Part shown: one piece after another, positions 55,070-63,502 of the stretch
Layout of the letters: every line of letters begins with the position of its first letter
Numbering within the stretch: the first letter of the stretch is position 1
Assembly (NCBI GenBank): GCA_963696385.1
Contig: CAVOKF010000004.1
Span: 960,001-1,024,000, forward strand
Origin: an uncultured delta proteobacterium
Lineage (GTDB): Bacteria; Myxococcota_A; Polyangia; Polyangiales; Polyangiaceae
Reading direction: 5' to 3'
DNA: 64,000 nt
Program-made: the position numbers and the translations under genes
Notes under the pieces: model-generated
Seen by the model: only the letters and a program-made list of their open reading frames with translations
Told to the model about the DNA's origin: nothing
Databases searched by the model: none

Positions 55070-55558
55070 GTGACGTTCGGCGAGGCGCTGGACGCGATGA
55101 TCACGCTCAAGAGCGAAGGCAAGATCCGCCACCTGGGCCTGAGTAACGTGACGCTCGCGCAGATCCAGGAGGCGCTCCGCAAGACGCCGATCGTCACGGT
55201 CGAGAACCTGTACAACGCGGCAGCGAGCGGCGAGAAGCTGGGCCAGAGCTTTCTCGGCAACACGGCGGGGCAGGAGGAGATCGTCGCGTTCTGCACCGAG
55301 CAGGGGATCGCGTACCTGCCGTACTTCCCGCTGAACGTTCCGGGGCCAAGCCCCGTCGAGCGCCCGGTCATCCGGAAGATCGCCGCCTCCCGCGGCGTGT
55401 CCGAAACGCAGGTCGCGATCGCCTGGCTGCTCGCTCGCTCGCCCGTGATACTGCCCATCCCCGGCACGAGCTCCGTGGCGCACCTGGAAGACAACTGGGC
55501 GGCACGCAAGCTCGCGCTGACCCGTGACGAGATCGCCGCGATCACCGAAGCGCGCTAG
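55070..55558 (+). pseudogene. Aldo/keto reductase, N-terminal half missing
   Basis: EGKIRHLGLSNV, QVAIAWLL, LPIPGTSSVAHLEDN; catalytic N-terminal region absent. Confidence 0.75.
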
Positions 55559-55593
55559 CACCGAGCTCGCTCCCGCAAAAAAAAAGGGACAAG

Positions 55594-57060
55594 CTATTGC
55601 GAGGGCTCGCCGCCGATACCGTGTTTCTTCATCAGGCGATACAGGGCGAACCGATTCGCGACGCCCAGAGCGCGCGCTGCCTTTCCGACGCTCCCACCGA
55701 CCGCAGCGAGTGCGGATCGGATATCGTCGGCCGAAGGCTCCACCACGACACGCGTTGGCGTGGCCGGGGTGGCGGCCGTCCCCGCGGGAGGCTGGCTCGG
55801 CCCCTCACCCGGGGCGACGATTTCGCTGCCGGTCGCTTTCGAGATGCCCTTCCAGAGCAGCGCCTCGAGTTGCCGAGTGTTGGCCGGCAACGGCTGTCGC
55901 AGGACGTAATCGATGAAGCTCGGCGCGAAGCAGGCATCGGGCCGCCCCGCCGAGTCGCGGGCGACGAAGCGACCGGCTACCTCGGGACTTTGCTGGGCCG
56001 CGCGCACGAGCAAGTGCCGAGCGAGCAAGGCAATGTCTTCGCGCCGGGATGCCAGCGGGCTCAACTCGACGAGCGACGCGAGCCGAGCGAGCACGTCGTG
56101 CTTGAGCGTCGAAGGGTCGCGGTTGGTCGCTCCGATCAGGCGAAAGTTCGAACGGCGCGTCGTCGCTTCGCCCAGGCGCTGGTATTCGCCTCCGCTGTCG
56201 AGCACCCGAAGCAGGTGCGCCTGTTGTTCGGCGGGCAGCTCTCCGATTTCGTCGAGAAAGAGCGTCCCGCCGTCCGCCTGGCCGATGAGGCCGGGCCGCT
56301 CGGGCAGCCCCGCGTTCGGATAGTTTCGCGCGCTCCCAAAGAGCTCCGCATCGACGAGACCAGGCGGCAACGTGGCGGCGTTGCGCGCCACGAACGCTCT
56401 CGAGGCGCGCGCCGATAGGCCGTGAATGGCGCGCGCGGCAAGCTCCTTGCCCGTTCCGCTCTCGCCGACGAGAAGCGCGTGGGTCGCCGATTTGGCGACG
56501 AAAGCGAGCCGTTCACGCAGATGCCAGGTCGCCGGCGATTCTCCCAGAATGCCGTGAGCATCCGGCTCGCCGAAGTCGCCCCAGGAGTCCCTCGGAAAGT
56601 AGCGACCCATCGGAATCAACGCCGCTCGTCGCGTGCAGAGAAGCAGGATTTGACGGCGCAGGTACATCGTGTCGCCGGGACGAACGAAGGCCCTCTCGCA
56701 CGGAAGGCCGTTGACTCGCAGCTCGCACCGGCCCACACTCTCGACGACCAAGCCGTCGCCCTGCGCGGTGAGCACGAGCTGCCGACGCGACAGCCCGGCT
56801 CCGGCGAGCCCGGGGCCCGACCCCAGGGCGCCCGGTCGTTGGCGGCAGAAGCGTAGCCGCGCCTCGTCGGTATCGCCTTCCCCGCGGCCGAGCACCTGCG
56901 GGGGCCCGGAGGGCAGGATCACCGCGACTTCGCCGACGCGATGCGGCTCCTCCGCGGACCATGCCAGAGCAAGCACGGTAACCTGGCCGGGGTCTGCGCC
57001 TTCGCCGCCAGGCCCCGAGCGCATATCGCTGGAAACGGGAAGAGTGGTGACACCAGGCAT
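55594..57060 (-). CDS. Sigma54-type enhancer-binding AAA+ protein (FHA-like N-terminus, Fis-like HTH) lacking GAFTGA
   Basis: GESGTGKEL, ELFG, GGTLFLDEIGEL, ATNRD, P.NTRQL; loop 1 reads SARNYPNAG. Confidence 0.88.
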   Translation of the reverse strand: MPGVTTLPVSSDMRSGPGGEGADPGQVTVLALAWSAEEPHRVGEVAVILPSGPPQVLGRGEGDTDEARLRFCRQRPGALGSGPGLAGAGLSRRQLVLTAQGDGLVVESVGRCELRVNGLPCERAFVRPGDTMYLRRQILLLCTRRAALIPMGRYFPRDSWGDFGEPDAHGILGESPATWHLRERLAFVAKSATHALLVGESGTGKELAARAIHGLSARASRAFVARNAATLPPGLVDAELFGSARNYPNAGLPERPGLIGQADGGTLFLDEIGELPAEQQAHLLRVLDSGGEYQRLGEATTRRSNFRLIGATNRDPSTLKHDVLARLASLVELSPLASRREDIALLARHLLVRAAQQSPEVAGRFVARDSAGRPDACFAPSFIDYVLRQPLPANTRQLEALLWKGISKATGSEIVAPGEGPSQPPAGTAATPATPTRVVVEPSADDIRSALAAVGGSVGKAARALGVANRFALYRLMKKHGIGGEPSQ

Positions 57061-57303
57061 GGGACGCGAGGGGCAAGACGGGGAGCCATGGCCGCCGTGG
57101 ATGACCTGCCATGGAGCGGGCGCGGGGATCTTGCTCCTTCAATCCTAGCTCACCCGCGATTCTCGTTGGCGCTCGTTGCGCGCTCGGACGGCCGCTTTCC
57201 GGGGCCCCCGGTCGCAGCCCGGAGTCGCTCGGAATGGGCGGCTCCAACGAGGCAGCACGTAGTTTCGGCGACGGTCGGCGGGCGTCGCCTTCAGCGGTTT
57301 CGA

Positions 57304-57376
57304 CGTCGAGATTTCGGCAGGCACCCTCGCCGTCTCCTAGTTTCGGCGTCGCGATCTCGGCAGGCACCCTCGCCGT
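57304..57376. repeat. 30-bp direct repeat, period 43
   Basis: cgtcg(a/c)gat(t/c)tcggcaggcaccctcgccgt at 57304 and 57347. Confidence 0.85.
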
Positions 57377-57417
57377 GGCGGGCCGAATGGCCACGAGGGC
57401 AAGACACCGGGCCCGGC

Positions 57418-57819
57418 GTGCGTGCACGCACGCCCGCACGTGCGAGCCGTTCGATCGCACGGTTGCCCGACGCAGATTTCCCGGTGTTTCCGCGCGATCG
57501 ACGGACCGGAGCGATTGGCCCCGACCTTGAGATGGCCGTCCTCGAAGGCGCGAACGGCGCCGGGAGGACAATCATGGGAAAAGCCTTGGTCTTTGTGGGG
57601 ACAACCGCGATGGGTTTGGGGGGTGCGCCACCGCCTTGCGAGTTCCCGCGCCGCCCGTTCATCCGGACGCCGAGGCCGGCTTCGCGGCGGGGTTTGGATG
57701 CACGGTAGAAGAAGCGCCGCGCATCGTGGCCCACCGGGTCGATCGCTCCGCCGGACTCGTCGCCGAAGCCGACGACTCGCGCGTGTGGCTGCACTTCTCG
57801 ATGGATCGTGGCGCGAAGC
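57418..57819 (+). pseudogene. Duplicated promoter and 5' part of the 53150 lipoprotein gene, frameshifted and truncated next to the IS
   Basis: Aligns with ~52993-53402 (gtgcgtgcacgcacgcccgcacgtgcg ... atggatcgtggcgcgaagc). Confidence 0.9.
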
Positions 57820-57944
57820 AAATTGACTCTGAACCGGTGGCGTGGGCAAGGGTTTTCGCGCAGAGAGTTTTCTTTTTTTCGTTTCGGAGTGAGCTGGGTT
57901 CTTAGAATTCAATGGACGTTTCCCTTCTCGGCGCTTGAGGGCGC

Positions 57945-58125
57945 CGGAGCACGGTGACAGTAAGGGGAGCGCTCCGAACGCGCGGCTTGGCGAGCTACCT
58001 CTCGATTGACTCTTCACGTGCATCGGGCAGCGAAGTTCGCGTCCAAGGCCCGAGACGTAGATTTGGATTCGAAGCGGTGGAACGAGACGCAATTTTTCGC
58101 ACGAAGTACAGTCACGTCTCCACCG
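57945..58125 (-). ncRNA. Predicted bridge/seekRNA (target-binding and donor-binding loops)
   Basis: Guide-like matches at 58092-58100, 58061-58067 and 58005-58013, enclosed by stems GAGACGU/ACGUCUC and GCACG-UGA/UCA-C-CGUGC; RNA boundaries inferred. Confidence 0.65.
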
Positions 58126-58232
58126 GAGCGGAGATCGCAAGAGCTTCTACCAATTTGTCGCGTTCAACGTTCCTCCAGATGGGGTGCTCTTAGGCTACGC
58201 GCTCAAGGCGCATCGGAGACGGTCGTGACGAT

Positions 58233-59384
58233 TCATGTCATGGCGACGTCCTCCGAAATCTTGTTGCGGCGAGGAGCCCGCCGTTGGAGTTTCTTGGCGG
58301 AGCGTTCGAGCGCCTCCGCATTCGCGTTTTTCGAACGAGCCTCTCTGCGAGTGCCCTTTGCGCTCGCCTTGGCCTGTCCCACCGGATCGTAAGCGGTGCC
58401 GTCGCGCCACATCGCCCAGAGGACGCCGGCGAGTTTTCGTGCGATGGCGATGGCGGCGATTCTCTTGCCTCGCGTCTTGGCGATGCGGTCGCCCCACTGG
58501 CGAATCGGGTCGTCCATGTCGCGTGACCTGAGGATGAGCCACGCCGCTTGGACGAGCATTTTTCTCGCATACGTGTTGCCCTGCTTGGTGATCGAGCCCA
58601 GGCGCCGCTTTTCAGGTCCGCCTGTCGTCAACTCCGACGGCACCAAACCAAGGTACGCTCCGACTGCCTGCGCATTGCGAAAGCGCTTCGCCTCGTCGAT
58701 CACCGAAACGAAGGTGGACGCCACGATAAGGCCGACGCCAGGAGCGGTGGCGAGAAGTTTCGTGATGGGCTCACGCATCGCCATCTCCGAAAGCGTCCGT
58801 TCGACCTGGGTGAGCTCTTCTTCGACTCCGACGAGCACGGCAAGGAGCGGCGCGATGAGCGTGCTCGTCGCGTCGTCGAGCGAGCTCTCGCGAACCTTGT
58901 TCACAAAGTTCTCGGTTGTGCATGTGGGAAGGAGCACGCCTGCCGCGCGCCCGAGCCCGCGTATCGTCGTCACATACTGCGCACGTGTTTCGACCAGCGC
59001 GCCGCGCACGCTCAACTGCGCGCGCAGGGCTCGGCGGGCGGGAGACAGAATGTGCGCCTCGGGGATCCGTCCTTGGTCTACGGCACGTGCGGCCGCCTCA
59101 GCATCGAGAGCATCGTTTTTGCGCTTGTGATGCGCGACGCCCATCGCACGCACCCGCGTCGTATCGATCATCTTCGCATCGTGCCCCCACGACGTGAGGG
59201 TATCGTGCACGTGCCATCCTTCACGCGACGCATCAAACGCAATCCGCGCAGGTGGACAGTCGGGGCCGATTCGCGACTTGAGTTGGTCCAGCCTCTTCAC
59301 AGAGGTCCGATCGATGACCTCTCCGTTCCGTATCTCGCAATACGCAATGTGGCGCGCTCCAAGATCCAATCCTATGCTCCGCAT
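58233..59384 (-). CDS. IS110-family DEDD recombinase/transposase
   Basis: IGLDLG, KNDALDA, PGVG, AYLGLVP, ITKQGN..AR..LV..AW, AIARKLA..LWAMWRDG. Confidence 0.95.
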   Translation of the reverse strand: MRSIGLDLGARHIAYCEIRNGEVIDRTSVKRLDQLKSRIGPDCPPARIAFDASREGWHVHDTLTSWGHDAKMIDTTRVRAMGVAHHKRKNDALDAEAAARAVDQGRIPEAHILSPARRALRAQLSVRGALVETRAQYVTTIRGLGRAAGVLLPTCTTENFVNKVRESSLDDATSTLIAPLLAVLVGVEEELTQVERTLSEMAMREPITKLLATAPGVGLIVASTFVSVIDEAKRFRNAQAVGAYLGLVPSELTTGGPEKRRLGSITKQGNTYARKMLVQAAWLILRSRDMDDPIRQWGDRIAKTRGKRIAAIAIARKLAGVLWAMWRDGTAYDPVGQAKASAKGTRREARSKNANAEALERSAKKLQRRAPRRNKISEDVAMT

Positions 59385-59598
59385 GATCGATCTCCCTTCG
59401 GCCCCCACTTCGCTTTGTGCCTTTGAGCACGCCGGGGTGTCGGATGGATAATCCAGCGGGAGGTCGGTCGCTATTTTCGATGACCGACGACCGGCACGGG
59501 GGCTGCTCTCGAGACGCCCCGCGATCGATCTCGAGGCTGCGGCACCCGTGCCGCGCGGCGTGCCTGGCGGTCCAGGACGCGCCGCCACCGGTTCATCT

Positions 59599-59705
59599 AA
59601 TCTTTCGCCGATTCAGTGATAACGAACGCCCCTAAGACGCGATATGTTTCCGCGCCCGCTTCCGCGGCTCTTCGTTGACCGATACCCTTTCGACTGGCTA
59701 CTCGC
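59599..59705 (-). repeat. ~110-bp repeat, copy 1 (cut by the IS at its AT core)
   Basis: Reverse complement aligns closely with 63129-63234. Confidence 0.9.
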
Positions 59706-59719
59706 TCGGGGGCAGGAAC

Positions 59720-60718
59720 ATGCTCGGACATACTCGTCTCGCCGGGTTTACTCTCTGTAGCGTTGGCATCCTGGCCTGCGGCACCCATTCGGGTACCCGC
59801 GATGCGGGCGCGGCTTGCCAGACCGTCGGACCTCCTCCGACGTCGCAGCTCCCACACGTAACCGTCTCCGGCGCGACTGCGATGGCGATTCTGCAGGCCC
59901 TGGACGCGATATGCGCGTCGCAGACGCCGCCAGTATCGCCGGGCGCGGCCTATTCGCTTCCGAGCCTCGATTGCAGCGATATTGCCGTGCCCGGAGACTC
60001 CGGGTTCGAGTGTCTGCTCGCGCTTGGAGCCGACGGTGGCTCGCAGATTGACGTGAGCGACATCACGGCATCCGCCGCGGGGGCCACGGACGCGGGCGAG
60101 GACACCGACGCGGGCGGAACCATGCTCGCGCAGAACCTGTTCAATGCGCTCGCGGCGACGGTGTCCATGCCCTGCGTCGATCCGCATGGCGTGCATGTGC
60201 AGCTTCAGAACGTGTCGGTGACCGCAAGTGGAATCCAGTTCGACGACGCCTCGAACTACGCAACCTTTGAGGCGCCGAATATTCAGGTTCGCGGGCCTGA
60301 CGCGCAAAGTCTCATCAGCGCGTTCGCCGCCGCGGGGCTCGACGACTGCGACCCGACGCGCAACCTCTTCATCGTCTGCAATACCCAGGGCGGCGCTCCG
60401 GGCTGCGGTCACGAATGGATGACCCTTGCGACCGTGGGCGCGTCCATATTGGAGCCGGCCTGCGGTCCGGGCGGGGGCACGCAGGCCGAACCGCCGTTTG
60501 ATGCCCCGACGTCGCTCGCGATCTGGAACGCCATCATAAAGGCCGCCTCCGACGCCGGGTTTCAGCCGATGAACGGCACTATCGCGCAAACCACCGTCAT
60601 CAACGCCGACTATTTTACGTGGGACGGCACGACCCTGGCCTTCTTGCTCGTTGCCGACGACCCCACTCTGCCGCCCTCGCCCCCGGGCTTCGCCAGCGAC
60701 GGCGGCGCGGACGAATAG
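59720..60718 (+). CDS. Cys-containing hypothetical lipoprotein
   Basis: ILAC lipobox, about 10 Cys, agga RBS. Confidence 0.7.
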   Translation: MLGHTRLAGFTLCSVGILACGTHSGTRDAGAACQTVGPPPTSQLPHVTVSGATAMAILQALDAICASQTPPVSPGAAYSLPSLDCSDIAVPGDSGFECLLALGADGGSQIDVSDITASAAGATDAGEDTDAGGTMLAQNLFNALAATVSMPCVDPHGVHVQLQNVSVTASGIQFDDASNYATFEAPNIQVRGPDAQSLISAFAAAGLDDCDPTRNLFIVCNTQGGAPGCGHEWMTLATVGASILEPACGPGGGTQAEPPFDAPTSLAIWNAIIKAASDAGFQPMNGTIAQTTVINADYFTWDGTTLAFLLVADDPTLPPSPPGFASDGGADE

Positions 60719-60826
60719 CGACCGCCAGCACGTGCGATGAAATTCACATCGCGACGAGCGCGGCTCCGGTACAGGCCATAGGGATCACGAGGAGGGGTTG
60801 CGAGTCCATTATAGATATACAACTAG

Positions 60827-61310
60827 CCCCAACCCGACAATGTTGAGGCGAGTCTAACTGACAAAAGAAGACTGGAAGGGCGGTTTCGTGCGTGCTTTGT
60901 TTCGAGTTGCGAGAAACGAAACGTCACGACGAAAGGCCACTTCCAGTGCGGATAGGAAAGCGCGGCTTTGAGGCTCGGGTCAAGGGCGACTTGACCCTCC
61001 GTTTCGGACACGAGAGGCTCACGTCGCACGCGGGACTGGAGTTGGTCCGCCGGTTTCTTGCAAAGGGTCGGCTTGTTCGGCGCCCTTCGCGAGAGCGAGG
61101 GCAAACTCGCCGTGGGCGGGGACTTCTCCTTCGGTAGGTGGTGCTCGCGGTGGTGGCGATGCTGCTCGTCGGCGCGAAGCGACTGAGACACCTGGCCTTC
61201 CTCGGCAGCGACCCGCTCTTTTTGCGATTCGCCGGTATGTCGCGAGCTCCGACGGAGCGTTCCCTCGGTCGAGCGTTGACGAGGATGGGATGGCGCACGG
61301 CGAATAGGTG
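60827..61310 (+). mobile_element. IS1380-like transposase remnant (5' part, frameshifted); left end approximate
   Basis: ERLTSHAGLELV, LLVGAKRLRHL..L.SDPLFLRFAGM...P.ERSL.R motifs split over two frames. Confidence 0.7.
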
Positions 61311-61330
61311 AAGCAAAGCCTGGCGGACGA

Positions 61331-61424
61331 CGAAGAGCCGCGGAAACCACCGCGGTCCCATATAACGCCTTTGGGGCGAGTCCGTTGTCACTGCAACAGC
61401 GAACCGATTTGGCTACTCGCCAGC
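61331..61424 (+). repeat. Repeat copy 2 (diverged, 5'-truncated)
   Basis: gaagagccgcggaaaccaccgcgg...ccgttgtcac...gatttggctactcgcc. Confidence 0.8.
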
Positions 61425-61479
61425 GCTCTTGGGCGAATAACAGCCCCGTTCCTATGCGAACAACGCCCGCCTTTGTCCC

Positions 61480-62673
61480 TCACTGGTTGCCTGCGGCCAG
61501 CGCCGCGATTTCAGCACCGGACAGAGCTCGTGAATACCACCGGATTTCGTCCAGGTCCCCAGCGAAGTACGTATCATCATACGCAGCTCGGGACGCATTG
61601 TGGGCAAAGCACAGCGAGCCGTTGTTGTTTGAGATGTCCCCCGACGCTACTTGAGAGGCATCAAAAAGCCCGTCAATGTAGATGTTCTCGTTGGCGCCGT
61701 CGTAAGTTGCGGCAACATAGTGCCAGGTATTGAATGACAACGCAGTGGCGGAGATGAGGTTGGCTCCTGGACTCGTCAACTCAAACAAGTAAAAGACAAT
61801 TTTGCCGTTGGCGTTGATCCCTGTGAACTTATCTTCAAGCCCGTTGACCCACTTATTAATGAGGATTGTATTATCAGCAGAGGGGGCTGCCGGGATGTTG
61901 ATCCAGAACGCGATCGTGTAACCGGCCGCCAGGTTCAGCGTGGTGGACGTGGGTATCAAGACGTCCCCGGTCGTGCCGTTGAATGAGAACGCTTGCCCGA
62001 ATTTCCCGGTCACGAACGTGACGCCTCCATCGCCACCCTGGAGGGTCCCATTGTTCGGGCCCACGCTGTCGTTCGCGTTCCCTTCGCCATGCCACAAGCT
62101 GACGAGGCCCTGGGTCAGGGTATCGGCGTCGGCTGCATCCCCGTCCCCGGCTTCGCTATCTGGCTCCTCGATGACGTCCGGGTATGGTGCACAACAATCG
62201 AGTGCATCCGGCTCGACGTCCGGTACCGTCCCGTCCTCAGCGTCTGGTTCTGCGTCCTGTACCGTCCCATCCTTGGCGTCTGGTTCCGCGTCCGCTTCCA
62301 CGTCTGGTTGAGCGTCCGAGACAGTTGCATCCTTGCCCCCGTCCCCGGCGTCCAGTTCACTCGAGGACGAGCTTGAAGTGCTCGTCGAGCTTGAACTCGA
62401 ACCATCGGATGCGTCCGGCTCGGATCCGTCAGACGCGTCGACGGATCCGTCGGACGCGTCCGTGCCCGCGTCCAATTCACTCGAAGACGAGCTTGAAGTG
62501 CTCGACGATGTTGAGCTCGAGGATGGTTCGCTTGAGCTTGAAGAGCTCTCGGGGGAAGCGTCGGACGGCCCCGTCGAAGAGCTTCCACAAGCGGACAGAG
62601 CCGCAAAATGTCCGGTTACGACCGCAAATGCGCCGATTCTGAACCACTCTCGCTTCAAGACATACCTCCGCAT
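61480..62673 (-). CDS. Lipoprotein with Ser/Asp-rich linker and C-terminal LamG (concanavalin-like) domain
   Basis: LSAC lipobox; repeated SSSSSELDAG; GLVSLWHGEGNANDS, WHYVAATYDG, FAGDLDEIRWYSRALS. Confidence 0.85.
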   Translation of the reverse strand: MRRYVLKREWFRIGAFAVVTGHFAALSACGSSSTGPSDASPESSSSSSEPSSSSTSSSTSSSSSSELDAGTDASDGSVDASDGSEPDASDGSSSSSTSTSSSSSSELDAGDGGKDATVSDAQPDVEADAEPDAKDGTVQDAEPDAEDGTVPDVEPDALDCCAPYPDVIEEPDSEAGDGDAADADTLTQGLVSLWHGEGNANDSVGPNNGTLQGGDGGVTFVTGKFGQAFSFNGTTGDVLIPTSTTLNLAAGYTIAFWINIPAAPSADNTILINKWVNGLEDKFTGINANGKIVFYLFELTSPGANLISATALSFNTWHYVAATYDGANENIYIDGLFDASQVASGDISNNNGSLCFAHNASRAAYDDTYFAGDLDEIRWYSRALSGAEIAALAAGNQ

Positions 62674-62955
62674 TCATCGACGTGGAGAGCCGACAGTGGT
62701 GCCAAGAGGCGCACAAAGTGGACCAAGCTCGAGTGGCACGCGCTGCAACAAAAAGTTCAACAGGCTCGGATAAATCATGCCAACTCAGCTTTGACACGGT
62801 CTGGGAGAGGATCTGGAAGAGCTCCTAATGTGGCACGCGAAGCTACATGTGGCGCATGGCGCTACTTTGTGGCTTCGCGTACCACACACGTAGGTGGCGC
62901 GGCAGTGTCCGGTCTCAGGTGCTTGATCGGCTCCCTCCGCGCCTGTACTTCGGGC

Positions 62956-63162
62956 ATGAACCCGTTTCGTGCGCTTCCCGACGACGCCCCGGCCACCATC
63001 CCCGCGCCACCGCCGTCCGAGGCTCTGTGCAGCCATTCTGGACCGATCGCCTCGATCCGGACTTGCGTGGTCTGCGGCAAGCCCATCAAGGGCCGCGCGG
63101 AAAAACGGTCGTGCTCTGGCCGTTGCCGGCGAGTAGCCAGTCGAAAGGGTATCGGTCAATGA
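62956..63162 (+). CDS. Small Zn-ribbon protein (CxxC...CSxxCR)
   Basis: CVVCGKPI..RAEKRSCSGRCR; its 3' end overlaps repeat copy 3. Confidence 0.5.
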   Translation: MNPFRALPDDAPATIPAPPPSEALCSHSGPIASIRTCVVCGKPIKGRAEKRSCSGRCRRVASRKGIGQ

Positions 63163-63246
63163 AGAGCCGCGGAAGCCACCGCGGAAACATATCGCGTCTT
63201 AGGGGCTTCCGTTGTCACCGAGCGGCGAAAGATTTGGCCAGCCCGG
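63126..63246 (+). repeat. Repeat copy 3 (intact, contains an empty IS target)
   Basis: ggcgagtagccagtcgaaagggtatcggtcaa...catatcgcgtcttagggg...gttgtcac...gcgaaagatttggcc. Confidence 0.9.
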
Positions 63247-63301
63247 GACGCGAACGCGCGGGCGCTTGATCTTTCCCTCAACGGGTCCGATGCTAGCCGC
63301 C

Positions 63302-63502
63302 ATGACTGGCAGCCCAGTTCCGTCGTATGAGCACGAGGACTCACCCGAGGTGGCGGCCCTGCGTAAGCGCATCCGTGGCGAGCCGCTCTCAGCGGCGGAA
63401 GACGCCCTCCTCGCGTCCGCGACGCGCAAGCCGTCCGGGCCCGGTGTACTGCACGCCGAGGTGATGGCCGAGCTCGCCGAGCGCGAACGCCGCGGCGAAT
63501 GA
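63302..63502 (+). CDS. Putative antitoxin
   Basis: 66 aa, C-terminal GVLHAEVMAEL, ATGA overlap with the next ORF. Confidence 0.5.
   Translation: MTGSPVPSYEHEDSPEVAALRKRIRGEPLSAAEDALLASATRKPSGPGVLHAEVMAELAERERRGE

Larger units (their letters stand above)
57822..59601 (-). mobile_element. IS110-family (IS1111-like) insertion sequence with 13-bp sub-terminal inverted repeats and AT core
   Basis: tgaaccggtggcg (57830-57842) is the reverse complement of cgccaccggttca (59583-59595); an AT dinucleotide lies outside each IR; long 3' non-coding end. Confidence 0.85.

Noticed and set aside
59599..63246. Integron attC cassette array
   Set aside because: No clear RYYYAAC...GTTRRRY ends, copies in mixed orientation and no integrase in the window; kept only as an unnamed repeat.
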